The notes: generated by a model from the letters alone, not told the origin. A DNA stretch of 63,719 nucleotides, filler included, from Collodictyon triciliatum (GCA_043381765.1; 34 parts of 34 records of this genome joined end to end with filler, not necessarily neighbours in it), one strand, 5' to 3'. Shown: positions 23,055 through 36,029, counted from the whole stretch's first letter. Program-made: numbers and translations.

Positions 23055-24507
23055 TCATTGCTTGGTATACTCCGAATATTTCGGTTCTTGCTCGTTCATG
23101 TGCTGGACATTTTCCAACATTTTCTTTGCCCAGATTAAGTGCTCCACGATTAATGTATCTGTTTCTGTTTTCAAAACCTTTTTTTCACAAGAATCGAATC
23201 GGTTGTTAGCATGTTAAAATGGTATGAAAGCCTTTTGAAAAAAAAAAACTAAGTAGTAATAGGAAAAATTATGGACACCTGCAAAGGAAAAGCAATAAGT
23301 TCCAAAAAGAGAGTAAGAACAAAAACAAGGACAGAAAAAAAACAAGTTAAAGTAAAACAAAGCTTTCATACCTCATCGACAACCTCTAAAAGTTGTATAT
23401 TTTTGGAGTTCCCGATGGCCACCGCCACATTTCTGAGCAACCTCGACCTCTTTATTCTCAGGATTGGAGATCCCTCGAATCTGGTGTAAAAGTTGTCAAC
23501 CGTAGTAGATAATTATAAAAGTCGCAACTAAAGCATGGACATATTTCTCTATCAGGATGCGACGGCTGATGTTATTTGAAGAAATTGAGAAACAACCTTC
23601 TTCGAAATCCTTCTTCATCAAGTCGAATCAGCTCTGCAAGCTTTGGAGCAGTTACAGCGTCATCAGGAGAACCCCAAAGCGGGGAAGGATCCTGGAAGAT
23701 TCTGTTGAACGGACAGACTTGTTGGCACACATCGCATCCATATATCTAGCGATTTCGAAAAAGGGTTATAGTTGTTACAATTATTACAGATATTATTTGG
23801 ATTGGACATGGAATTGGAATTGGGTATTTCTAATTGCCCGAAATACGACTGGATGGCTGAACTATATGTCCAAACCAACATCAAATCAGAAACAAAAACG
23901 TATTCATAAATATGTGTCACCAACCTCCTTCTCTCCGACATATTATCACACAAACCGAGGACTCCGAAAGAAATAAAGGGGTAAAATCACAAAAATCAGT
24001 TGAAACATTACCTTGTTCTGCATAAGTGGTCGCAATTCCTCTGGGATTGATGTCTTGAGCTCAATAGTGAGGTAGGAGATACACCTGACATGTATTATTG
24101 CGTTCAACATTCGATATGGGAATGAAAAGAGTCGAGCAGAAATCAAAAAGCATGCACCTGCGAGCATCCAACACTTTGGGCCCCACAAATGCCTGTGTTG
24201 GACAAGCGCTCATGCATCGTGTGCATGAACCACAGGAAGGCAGTTTTTTGGTTGGCTTTGTCTCTGGTTCAAGTTTAGGAGAGCTATCCGGCTCAAAGGG
24301 GACAACAGACAAGATTTCTCCTAGAAAGAAGCCACTGCCATACTTTGGATGGATCAGAAGCGAATGTTTGCCGATGAAACCAAGGCCAGCTCGCACGGCC
24401 CACTGCCTTTCCATAATCGCCCCAGTGTCCACATACCATTTTGTTGGTGTCTGCGTGCGCTCTTCAATCAATTTGCAAATATCCTGTAACCGAAATGAAT
24501 TCATTAC
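23055..24507 (-). CDS. queG: Epoxyqueuosine reductase QueG, 3' part, intron-containing
   Basis: Exons (24507 or 24483)-24158, 24084-24012, 23745-23597, 23480-23372 and 23177-23055 splice in frame. Motifs YVDTGAIMERQWAVRAGLGFIGKHSLLIHPKYGS.FFLGEI, CGSCTRCMSACP, LDARRCISYLTIE, IYGCDVCQQVCPFN, FEGSPILRI..LLRNVAVAIGN, VEHLIWA. Confidence 0.95.
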
Positions 24508-24539
24508 CTCGTCGTTAATCAAATCAAATCAAATCAAAT

Positions 24540-24637
24540 CAATTCAATTCAATTCAATTCAATTCAATTCAATTCAATTCAATTCAATTCAATTCAATTC
24601 AATTCAATTCAATTCAATTCAATTCAATTCAATTCAA
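24540..24637. repeat. (AATTC)n microsatellite inside a queG intron
   Basis: Perfect pentanucleotide run up to the linker. Confidence 0.95.
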
Positions 24638-24759
24638 NNNNNNNNNNNNNNNNNNNNNNNNNNNNNNNNNNNNNNNNNNNNTTAATTAATTAANNNNNNN
24701 NNNNNNNNNNNNNNNNNNNNNNNNNNNNNNNNNNNNNGCATAATGTGTTCATTATTGTC

Positions 24760-25850
24760 TATATGGCATTTAGTATAAACCTGTTGAGAATCTCCACGTT
24801 TCCGTCGAAATCTGCGAACCGTCTGCCAAGCTCTTCTCCAGCCATCCAGAAGTTATGTAAATGGAAGTGCCATTTGCTATGCACGCATGGCCCATTCTAT
24901 TTGATGGAACGGAACTGCTCGGCCCAGAGATAGAAATCCGAGTCCATATACTGAATAATGAATTTTTGTTATAAAAAAGAAGTAAAACTCTCAATCGTGC
25001 ATCTTGCACATATTGGCTAACCTCGAACCAAGATGGAGGATGTATGTAAAAAGGTCGCCGTTGTCATTCTTATTGAATCCTCCGTAAAGATATATCCTTT
25101 AATCAACAATTTTGTATGAGTACTTCCCAACTGAAACATTCTAATGCGCCAGTATATGTATCGAATTCATTCATACCGATGTTTATTCTTTCATTTCAAT
25201 ATCATTATTGGCTCTGTGTAAGTAATTGTAGTTATTTAATTGTATACAAACTTGTTGTTAGTGAGGACTGCACAGGCTCCGTATCTTTTTGAAGGAATGT
25301 CTCCAGATGCTCGAATCAACTCCCAACCGAATGTGGCTTTTATTTTCGAGTAATTTTTTTTTAAAAAAAGTAGAAAACTGAGTGATTATTTTTTATATTT
25401 GAGAGAAAATTTTTGGATGAATAAAGCGATGGGTCTCCTTTTTTTTTCCTTTGATTCTTGAAGGTGAGTAACCTGCATTAGTATCTCTCAAAAGATAAAT
25501 AAGGTCCATGTCTGTGAATTCTGCACTAGAAGATGAGAGCTTTGCATTGTTACGGTATCCACCCAACAAGTAAACGTGTGTTGAGTTGGATGCAACAGAG
25601 CCATGGATGATTGCAGGGGGCTGCGAATCTGCTTGAATCCAGTCCAAGCTCACAGCGTCTTTGAGTATGCAATTATTATTGAATCATTGGTTTGGTCGTT
25701 CACAATAGTGGATGGTCATGCTCATGTATGAAGGATGGAGATTAAAACAAATAAATCTGAAACATAAATGTTGACCTAGAGAGGAGGAGATCAACAGGAA
25801 GCATGTCCAAATGGTGAATGGTGACAGAGCAAACATGGTGGGCCAACTCA
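24760..25850 (-). CDS. Secreted/membrane kelch-repeat protein, 5' part
   Basis: Signal-like first exon (MSWPTMFALSPFTIWTCFLLISSSL); kelch motifs HVYLLGGY, GDIPSKRYGACAV and YLYGG. Confidence 0.75.
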
Positions 25851-26432
25851 TCGCAGCACTTTTCTTTACGATTTACCTTTGATTCCCTTTGATTGTCGTT
25901 TTTCTGTGATTTCTTTTCGAAGGGATATTCTCTGTGCTGGACTAGGCTTTCTGGGAAAATCGTGGAAAGAGTCAGTCATGGATAATCTTTGAAAGCGTGC
26001 CAGGTAGCTTCATGATAAGCTTTCCGTGGGTCACTTGCCCAAACCGCCGAGCAGTTCTCTGTCGCATCACTCCTCAATAATATATTGTTCTTCTATAGGC
26101 GAGCCAGATGTATTTGGTTGTGATTTTGACGAGCTCCAGATTCCCAAGCCCGCTCGAGGCAAAGCAACAGCAACATCAAGTAGGTGGGTTATTGCTTTGC
26201 TTCGACCGTTCCCTTTACTCCAGAAAGAGGTTGATATCTGAATGGGAAGAATCCATCAAAGCTGGAAAATATTGATTTGAATATAAATATTGGGATAATC
26301 GGGCACTTATGAGTGTTTTGTTCCTAAATTTCGTGCTATAATACGAATCATATCATACCGACAGATGTCCAATGAACGCCACACGAGAAGATTGAAAACT
26401 ACGGTTGTATCTCAATTTTACCCCAGTTTAAA

Positions 26433-26537
<105 letters not shown>

Positions 26538-26637
26538 NNNNNNNNNNNNNNNNNNNNNNNNNNNNNNNNNNNNNNNNNNNNTTAATTAATTAANNNNNNN
26601 NNNNNNNNNNNNNNNNNNNNNNNNNNNNNNNNNNNNN

Positions 26638-26758
<121 letters not shown>

Positions 26759-26781
26759 CAAAAAATGCATTCGTCATCTGT

Positions 26782-27830
26782 ACCTGATCCGAGTGGAACG
26801 GCTCAGAAGGATTCTCAATTTCCCACAGGTGAAAATTACGATTCTCTATGGATGCAAATATGTTTCTACATTTTATGTAATAAATAAACATATTATCCCA
26901 AGGTTTGGTGAATACTTGGTTCATAAATGCTGGTGGAATCTTTATAAAGTTTGATATTACTCTGCATTAGGATTGATAGAAACTCGGTTAATTCGGTCGG
27001 TTATAGGATATTTTGATGGGGGCATTACGTAGCTTACAGGATACCTCTGCAATTGAATTGTGTAAAACAGGTTGCATAATTAAAAATCAAGTGGGTACCC
27101 CATGATTCGCTTCGCATTGAATAGAAATGCCAGTTTCAAGACAGTGGAATCGAATCTATTGCATGGTAATCAAGAAACTCGGATGGTTTCTTATATATAT
27201 ATTTTATAAAAAAAAAAAACTGAACTTACAAGGTCTTCAGGAAGTCTGTATGTTTGGTCCCATTTCATAAATTCTTCATTCGACGTTTCGCAGGGTTTAA
27301 CCTGGATTTATCAAGTTTTTTTTTTAAAAAAAAAAAACCAAAAAATAACAAAACATACTACAGATTCAGCCTTATCGAGTTGAATAGTATTACATGAACA
27401 GCAGGGTCGGTCTTCGCCAAGTGAATGCTGTGTTCGTTTGATGCAACAAGCAGTGTGTTTTTGATCCAGTCGACATCATATCCTGGTCCTTGCGTTCGCA
27501 TCAACTTTGTGGGCTTTTATTCGTAATGAATGAATAATAATTCGATGATGTGTTTTCGAATATGAAATCCAGTACAACTCTGAGGATACAAGTGTCTTGG
27601 AATGAATAGGTTACATAGATTTCTTGTCCGTTGGAGGATACTCGAATGATTTTGAGGCTTCCTTTGTTCAGAGTTCCTACGAGAGCCACACATGTGGCAG
27701 TCTGAGATAAAAGAACCTTAGTGCATCATATTGCCAGATGATGAAGTAAAATTCAATACAAAAAGAAGAAAAACTAACGTCATGGCATGCTAGCGCAGAA
27801 GTGAGTCGGGACTCGTATGTTTTGTTCATG
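26782..27830 (-). CDS. WD40-like repeat protein, 5' part
   Basis: Exons give GYDVDWIKNTLLVASNEHSIHL and FASIENRNFHLWEIE. Confidence 0.55.
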
Positions 27831-28271
27831 TTCGTTGGTTTCAGCGTTGTTTGGCTGGTAAAAAGTCATTTTTTTTTTTTTTGGTTAATGTGTTATCCTT
27901 CACGTAAACCTTACCTCGAAATCAGATGCGATCACAGAGACGCAAAATACCAAAACAAATAAAAAAAAACCGAGTAAAATCGCATAGACTAGAAAAAAAG
28001 GAAACCAAACCTGAGACCTTGCAGGCTCATAGGCGATCTCCACAGAGAAGCATCGGCAGTGTTTGACATTAGGCGGTTTCCCCAAGAAAAACAGGATTTT
28101 GTCGCCTGAAGCGTGGTGTCAGAGTTTCGGGCAATATGGAAACTTGGATCTTGGCAGGACTAGAGGGGCTCATTGGGTGGCGATGGTTTTTATATTGTTC
28201 TTTAACGAAGCTGTCATCAACCACGCAAAATCGTTGGAACCAGGTGTTCCACAATAAAAGTGATAAATGCG

Positions 28272-28437
28272 ATTATTATTTTTTTTTTATTCTTCCTTTC
28301 AACTTTTGTGCAGGACCGAGGGGGGAGATGTTGGCTTTGGTTCGCTAGCCATCGTTTGCATGGACGCTACTTGGTGGCCGGGTGGCGGAGAAGTAGTCGG
28401 TAATCAGGAATTGCATCCTGCGGTTTGGCCTGTAGCC
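28272..28437 (-). mobile_element. LINE 3' end (family A) with A-rich tail
   Basis: Reverse complement matches about 38503-38650 over roughly 150 nt and ends ...TGCACAAAAGTTGAAAGGAAGAAT(A)n. Confidence 0.9.
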
Positions 28438-29574
28438 NNNNNNNNNNNNNNNNNNNNNNNNNNNNNNNNNNNNNNNNNNNNTTAATTAATTAANNNNNNN
28501 NNNNNNNNNNNNNNNNNNNNNNNNNNNNNNNNNNNNNGTCGACGGCGGCTTGCTTTGGATGTCTTGTTGCTGATCTCTGGCTGCCTCGTCCGGCTGGAAA
28601 CCTGGAATATCGCGGGGCGCTGCATTATAAATTCCGGATTTGGGCTTTTACATCATGTCTTTATGGTCTTTATTCTTTGAATGTTTTCCTACCGCATCCG
28701 TCTTTCGCACGCACAGCCCGCGGGAGGGTATAAGCGAAAGGCCAGATGAAGTTTGTGCAAAGAACAGGGAAATGAGAAAAAAAAAAAGAGAAAAGAAATG
28801 TTCCTGGTCAGGTAAGCAGTTCTGAAGCACACCATTCAAAATGCCCTCCCAGAGTGCAATAAAAAGAAGAAAAACAGGATATCAAAACATGGATTATTCT
28901 GACGTATTTTGATATATGAACGGTGCATGTGGACATCCATAGCTCATCGCTCATCACTAATCACTCGCCGTAGACTAATTATGACATTTTACACAACTCA
29001 CGAGTTGCCCTTCGAAAGGCTTTTTATATTCTCACAACTCGAATAATTTATTTTTTTTTAAAAAAAAAATGGTTTTTCCACGACAACAGGAAATGGTTGC
29101 TAAATTCATGGGAAAGCTTTTTCCCAGGACAAGGATATGAAAGATTCGATATCTGGGCTCCATCGCTAAAGCCACGATATTCAAATTCTTATACTTGGAT
29201 ATTCAATAAAACTGGGCTTGATTCTGTTCAAAGGCTAATACCCGACAAACTGTTCAATACCTATGCAAATAAACCGATTGCTTTCTCTTTTCTTTTTTTT
29301 TTCCAGCATCTATAAATTCAGTTAATGGTACTAATGCAAAAAAAAATAAAATAATTTCTTCTCGTTCGTTAATATGCGATAGTTCTCTTTGCAGGTCAGA
29401 CTAATCCAAAAACGGAATATATGGAAGGATATGTTAGCCAAGTCAAAAATTTTAACTCACAATGAGGCATTTCTCGAAATGGAGTTTTATTCATGCTTTG
29501 CAGGTGGTTAATCCATAACTTGAGACGAAACGGGCAGCGAAACTCAAGTAAATCAAGAGGTGTCGGCAAGAATA

Positions 29575-30075
29575 TGATCACAGGCAAATGCGCTTGTGCT
29601 GGTTAGGAGAGATCTCCATAAAGACCTTTCTCTACGAAAAGAAAATATAATCAGCAATCAGTCCACGAAACAATCAAATGGCATATACACCATCACATGG
29701 CAATCTCACGATTAGCATATTAAGAAACCTCTGTTCTGATGTATCATTTGGTAGACATAGCGGGAGATGGCCAGGTGGGTCATCATTCCTCCAGCTATCG
29801 TGATTGCGCTCAACCAAATTACATCCACCCCGGAGCTATATGATTAAGATTCACATTGTGAGATGATATGTGATCTGGTCAACTAGATTGCAGTTGTCAA
29901 GTTCAACTTGAGTTGAGAAATGAACAGTTGAAATCCAATGACAAAACGAAAAGAGAGAAAAAATAAAATTCGCACATCGTTGTTACACAAGTTGCGTCAA
30001 CGAAGTCGTCGTAAGAATCAGCGACGTATGAGCAGTCACATAACTCTTCTATGTTGTCGATATCAGCTGTGATGT
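29575..30075 (-). CDS. Hypothetical Cys-containing membrane protein, last exons
   Basis: IEELCDCSYVADSYDDFVDATC exon and a hydrophobic exon (VIWLSAITIAGGMMTHLAI). Confidence 0.35.
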
Positions 30076-30452
30076 CAAGAAAGAAGCAACAAATGGCGGT
30101 TAGATTTTGGAAGTTTTTTTTCCCCCACAGAATATTGACATTAATGACCAAATGAAAAAAATAAGACATGATGTGCTATGGAGATTAATTTTAAATTCAT
30201 ACATACATACATACATACATACATACATACATACATACATACATACATACATACATACATACATACATACATACATACATACATACATACATACATACAT
30301 ACATACATACATACATACATACATACATACATACATANNNNNNNNNNNNNNNNNNNNNNNNNNNNNNNNNNNNNNNNNNNNTTAATTAATTAANNNNNNN
30401 NNNNNNNNNNNNNNNNNNNNNNNNNNNNNNNNNNNNNGGCTCGTGTTTTCCA

Positions 30453-30593
30453 TCAGGCGCGGGAAGCTTGATTGAAAATCAGGCGCGGGAAGCTTGATTG
30501 AAAATCAGGCGCGGGAAGCTTGATTGAAAATCAGGCGCGGGAAGCTTGATTGAAAATCAGGCGCGGGAAGCTTGATTGAAAATCAGGCGCGGG
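30453..30593. repeat. Perfect 26-bp tandem repeat, about 5.4 copies
   Basis: Unit TCAGGCGCGGGAAGCTTGATTGAAAA at 30453, 30479, 30505, 30531, 30557 and 30583 (partial). No spacers. Confidence 0.97.
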
Positions 30594-30596
30594 CAG

Positions 30597-32236
30597 CCGT
30601 CGTGAAGTTGATAAAGTCGGGTCAAACTTACCGACGAGATTTGGTGAGAACAAGCAAGGTGGAACTGTCAACTGGCAAGCACCGGAAATCCATGAAGTTT
30701 CTTGTATACCGTTTTATAATGATAATCCAGAAATGGTTGGTGATGATGGGGTGAATCAGGGGCATCGAGGAGAACCAAGCAATGTGTATACTTCGGGAAT
30801 GCTCGTTTGGTACATGTTCTCTGGCATCGAGCCGTTCTAGAATGAAGCACAAACACAAAGTTTCATTATCAGGAGATTACGGCCTGAAATACTGAAAGAA
30901 GCCATTTATGAACTTAACCACCTTATCAGAGCGTGCTGGAGGCAAAACTACAAGCTCCGACCTTCTCTGAATCAAGTTTGTGTATACCTGGATGAATTGA
31001 AATCGGGCGAACAGATATTTTCTCAAAAAGCAATGAACGAATTACTTCCAATTCAATGTGCTCCTTTGGCTGATATGTACCAGTGTGAATTTGTGGAGTG
31101 GCTGCGAGAGCATGGCTTTTTAAAACTAAGCGATACAATTTCAAATCAAAGGTGGGAAAGATTTGAAGAAATTCAAGACAAACTATATGAAAGCACGATG
31201 GTTGATATGTATCACATATCGCCAGATGACATTTCTGCATTTGTAGAACTGTCGAAAGAGGAAGACACTAGCGATTCCCAAGCTCCAAAGAAAAAAGTTG
31301 AAGAATTATTTTACAGCCAATTGGTGACTCATCTGCAGAAAAAGAAAGACGAATTGTCGAAAAGACTGCTTGGGAAAGTGAAAGCCTTGAAGCTTGATGG
31401 AAGCACAATATCCAAGCTTGACCAGCCTGATGTCCATGCGACCCATTCGCTCTCTGAGCAAGAACTCTCGTTTGCATCCCAATTCATAAACGACCACCAA
31501 CATCCAAATGAGATGAAGTCTCCTAAACACCCATTAAGCTCCGGTACTCTTCAAGAATTGGAAGAAATTCAATATATGAATGCGCAGTACTTCCCTTACA
31601 ATCATGGAATCCAACACGCAACCTCGCTGTGGATGGGCGATATGAAGCTCTCCCAGATTCCTGATTGGCTCAAGCATTTAGTTGGGCTAAAGAAACTCTT
31701 CCTCCATTCAAACGAAGTAATATTCACATAAATAAATAAAAAAAGGCCACCAACAAATTTTATTATTGACCATATTGTAACTCACCACCTTTTTACAGCT
31801 TGTATCTTTCCCGGAGTCATGCTTCGCCCTTACAAGCCTAGTATATCTGGACTTATCAAAAAATAAGGTTTTCAGCTTGTGTTTTTTTTTTTCATTTCAT
31901 TTCTAATTTTTTTTTAAAAAAAATTAGTATTTAATTTCATACTTGCATTTGAATCAACTTTATTCATACCTCAATTCTTCTCATTTACCATGATTTACAG
32001 ATACCATCAGTACCAGCTCAAATATCACACCTGACGCTTTTAACTCGCCTCGATGTCTCTCAAAATCAGTTGTCATCACTACCTTCAGAAATATCATGCT
32101 TGAATGGTCTTATTCGCTTCGATGTCTTTCATAATCGGCTGTCATCACTACCTTCAGAAATATCATGCTTGAATGGTCTTATTCGCTTCGATGTCTCTCA
32201 AAATCAGCTGATGTCACTGCCACAAGGATTATCGAG
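30597..32236 (+). pseudogene. Kinase (C-lobe) - SAM-like - LRR protein with an in-frame TAG, partial
   Basis: One frame gives GTVNWQAPE, NVYTSGMLVWYMFSGIEPF*, LIRACWRQNYKLRPS, then FVEWLREHGF and LRRs (exons 30597-31716, 31799-31867, 32001-32236). TAG at 30838-30840. Confidence 0.75.
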
Positions 32237-32715
32237 NNNNNNNNNNNNNNNNNNNNNNNNNNNNNNNNNNNNNNNNNNNNTTAATTAATTAANNNNNNNN
32301 NNNNNNNNNNNNNNNNNNNNNNNNNNNNNNNNNNNNAAAAAAGAAAAAAAAAAAAAAAAAAAAAACAGAATTTCAATCCAAATAAATGTTCTCTCATGTC
32401 CTTTTGCTTTTCTTGTTGGGTTTACAAGTGAATTTTTTCTTTATCTCTCTAGAAATGCAAGATTATGGTGGCTGTCTCGTTCATAATGACTGAGTGTCAC
32501 ATATATTTGACCATAGAAGATAAAAGAGCATGGACAAAGAGAAAAGCTGAAACAAACCAAAAAAAAAAAACCGTCAAACCAACCAGCATTCCAACCAACA
32601 AACAAATATAAGTGAAGAAAAAGGTAGCTAATATGAAGGGAAAGAAGAGACATATATAAAAAGCCATGTCTCTTACATTTTCCAATAAATAGTTGTTATA
32701 AAAGCAAATATATTA

Positions 32716-33938
32716 CCTGAAGATGGAAGTCGGGGCATTAAAGGCGGTGGAGTCACTATTGAATTCTTCGGAGAGGGATCGTCTTCCTCACTGGGATTTT
32801 GAGTCTACATTTTCCCAACCGGATGACGAATATTGTCAATTTACACACAATAGACGCTCAATTGAGATGAAAGCAATACTCATAATAAATAAATAAAAAC
32901 TTGTTAAGAGCAATATGTAATTTGGTTAAAAAAAATAATCATACCGCAGTTTCTTCGGCGTGCCCTGTGGGTTTAAAATATGACGGCGGTGGTGGGACAG
33001 CATTTAGAGACCGAGTTGCTGGTGGTTGTACGGAAGGAGGAATGTAGCCATACTGAGCAGTAGGTGGGGGGACAATGTAGCCAGGCGGGAGAGATGGTTG
33101 GACAACAGGTGGTTGAGGAGGGATATCATATGGATTATGATATCCGGGAGGTGCATATGCATAGGGACCAGGTTGGACAGGCGGATATCCGTATGGAGGA
33201 TAGGGGCTACATGAGATTAGCGGATACATAGTGAGGGGCTTTATGCGCGAAGAATACATAAAGTAAAGGAAAAGAAGTGATAGGATGTACGTGAACGATG
33301 TTTTCAATGGTTGGAATGAAACTAACCCAGCGTAATAGCCTGGATAGGGTTGAGGCCTGGAGAACAGAGGTTTAGTCACTATTAAGTTGTAAGAAAAGAA
33401 AAGAAAAGAAAAGAAAAGAAAAGAAAAGAAAAGAAAAGAAAAGAAAAGAAAAGAAAAGAAAAGAAAAGAAAAGAAAAGAAAAGAAAAGAAACAGAAAAAG
33501 AAAAAGAAAAAGAAAAAGAAAAGAAAAAGAAAAGAAAAAGAAAAGAAAAAGAAAAGAAAAAGAAAAGAAAAAGAAAAAGAAAAGAAACAGAAAAAGAAAA
33601 GAAAAAGAAAAGAAACTGTAATTACTGATGCGACTTGAATGCTGTTCGAACAGAATTGAGCAAAGAATCGCATAAACTTTTTGCCATATTGATGTGTTGT
33701 AAGGTGGGCCCCTCAATATAAAAATGCAGAGAGTCTTCAGCATCTAAGTAATGATTGGCTTAAGAACGCTGGAAGTTGTATGATATGAAAAGAATTTTTA
33801 ATTCCATTTTTTTTAGTTACAAAAAAGGCTGTTGATTTATTTACCTATAGGTGTCTGCCCAGGGATAATTGGTGCTCCTCGACCACGAATATCAATCTTC
33901 ACTTTAGCCTCCTTCTGGATGTGTTTTATGTACGAATT
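32716..33938 (-). CDS. KHDC4: KH-domain protein of the KHDC4/BLOM7 type, 3' part
   Basis: SYIKHIQKEAKVKIDIRGRG and SLHFYIEGPTLQHINMAKSLCDSLLNSVR, followed by a Pro/Tyr-rich tail. Confidence 0.75.
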
Positions 33939-34040
33939 CTAGAAAAGAATACTAGGTTAGTCTGCAAGATTCAGACAATACTATTCTTAGTCGATATACA
34001 ATCCCATTATTCACCGGATGATTATACAATCGCTAAAAAA

Positions 34041-34132
<92 letters not shown>

Positions 34133-34608
34133 ANNNNNNNNNNNNNNNNNNNNNNNNNNNNNNNNNNNNNNNNNNNNTTAATTAATTAANNNNNNNNNNN
34201 NNNNNNNNNNNNNNNNNNNNNNNNNNNNNNNNNTTTTGTTTTTTGTTTTTTGTTTTTTGTTTTTTGTTTTTTGTTTTTTGTTTTTTGTTTTTTGTTTTTT
34301 GTTTTTTGTTTTTTGTTTTTTGTTTTTTTGTGTTGCAGAATTGTGATTCCATAAGCTTTGAAGCGGCGCGTGTCTGTTTCGCAGGAGCGTAGCGGTGAGT
34401 AGCAATTCGAAGAAAAAGTCTGCAAATAGAGGATTCGGTAGTCTTTGGTATGTCACCTTATCCTACACGCATATTATTCCTTTCGTATTATTAGCCAATA
34501 TTTCACCGAAGAATCTATCACTGGAAGCTTGGGCCTCAATTGCCAATAGGCCACCTGTGCATTATAACGTTCTGTCGTGGAGCTCTTCGATCTCGTCGGG
34601 AACAACTC

Positions 34609-36029
34609 ATGGAGCCCGACTCGAGGGTGAAGTTTGAAAGCGCAAGCTTGAGACAAACACACTCGAACGCACGAGAATCGAGCACATCACTCGACCAAGG
34701 CCCCTCGGCCACACCGATCCGCCGATCAAAGAGAGCCCAGGAGCAGAACCTGTACTAAGCTGGCTGCTACGTCCGCCTTCGAGGTAAGCACAAACTGCCC
34801 CAGAACCACGAAGCCCGCAACCAAGCGAAGAAGGAACTCGCCCAAGTCCTTAAACAACTCAAGTGCTACGAGGAGAACGTCATCATGCAACTGTACAGTC
34901 AACCCCAAGGTTACACAGTAGCCTTCCCGCACCAACAAAACGCCGCAGAGTTTGCTAAGGCAGGACAGTTTAAACTGCTTGGCCGCTCTTTCCGCCCATA
35001 CAAAGAGAGGCCACCTCTCCACTCCGCTATCACCGGCGATATCCCCCCAGGCTTCACCAAGGCAGACATTGAAGAGGCCTGCAAAGTATTATTTTCGCCT
35101 ACCATAGTTTACTACGAAGCTGTGGACGGTATCTAGACCAATGACGCGCTGGTCAAGTTCCAGGCATCAGAACTGCCCAGAGTGCCAAAAAAGAAAATAA
35201 ACCTGCAAGGATTCCTCGTCCCCTTCATACTCCTCCCTGAACGGAAGGAGAAGCCCAATCACGATACCAAACATAACAAGCACCAGGGCAAATACCACGA
35301 CAAGCACAACCGCAAACCCTCGCAACCCACGCAGTCCAGGGGTGAAAGGCGAGCCCAACCCTCCCGGACACCATCACCCGAAGCCATGGAAGACGAAGGC
35401 GATGAACTACCTCAGCCCATTACCGCCACCCAACCAAGATGCTCCTCTCGCAAGGAACTCCCAAAGAAAGCAACTGAGAATTTGGGAGTGAGCGTCATCC
35501 TGAAACCAACCGAACAAACAGACCAAGGCACGGCTTCTTCGTCTGGAAGAACCCCTGAGAATAAGACGACTAAACCAAATACACCAACAGCAAACCTGAG
35601 CCCCAAACCCCAATCTAGACCACCGAGAGCAGAAAGGCCTTCATCAGCGACCCAATCCAAGTTGAAAAGACAACCAAACATAGCCAGCTTCATGCTCCAT
35701 AGGAGCCCCGATGTGACCCCAGCAAAGCACGTGCAAAAATCGAATAGCCCTAAAGAAGCAAACTCCAGAAACGACTCGCTCTATCTCTGACCTACGTCCC
35801 AAGAGGCAGTGGCTGAATCAGAAACACCCCAGAGCAGCGTCAGCTTCACATCGCAATTCCCAACATTCGAGGGCGCCCCTATCAAAGCAAACCACCAGCA
35901 TGCTGCAACACCCATGTATATTGCTCGCGCAAGCCCTAGCCCAAAAAGAGCGAGCACAGAGCTGACAGCCTCGCCGGAAAACACACAACTTCCCACCGCA
36001 GAGGCCGTAGCGTCACCCGCACAACACAG
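34609..36029 (+). mobile_element. Degenerate ORF1 of a non-LTR retrotransposon
   Basis: About 470 codons in one intronless frame from ATG 34609, broken only by TAA 34756, TAG 35134 and TGA 35788. Homologous to 18296-18937; A/C-rich strand bias. Confidence 0.7.

Noticed and set aside
22838-24637. queG contig as bacterial contamination
   Set aside because: The coding sequence is split by four frame-restoring GT-AG introns and bordered by host-type microsatellite and poly-A tracts.
27905-27925. U1 snRNA-like 5' end (CTTACCT)
   Set aside because: It is the reverse complement of a GTAAG splice donor, and no U1 stem-loops follow.
30453-30593. CRISPR array
   Set aside because: Units are head-to-tail with no unique spacers, the context is eukaryotic, and no cas genes are present.
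34609-36029. Fungal-style heavy RIP
   Set aside because: CpA and CpG remain abundant and the sequence is not AT-shifted.
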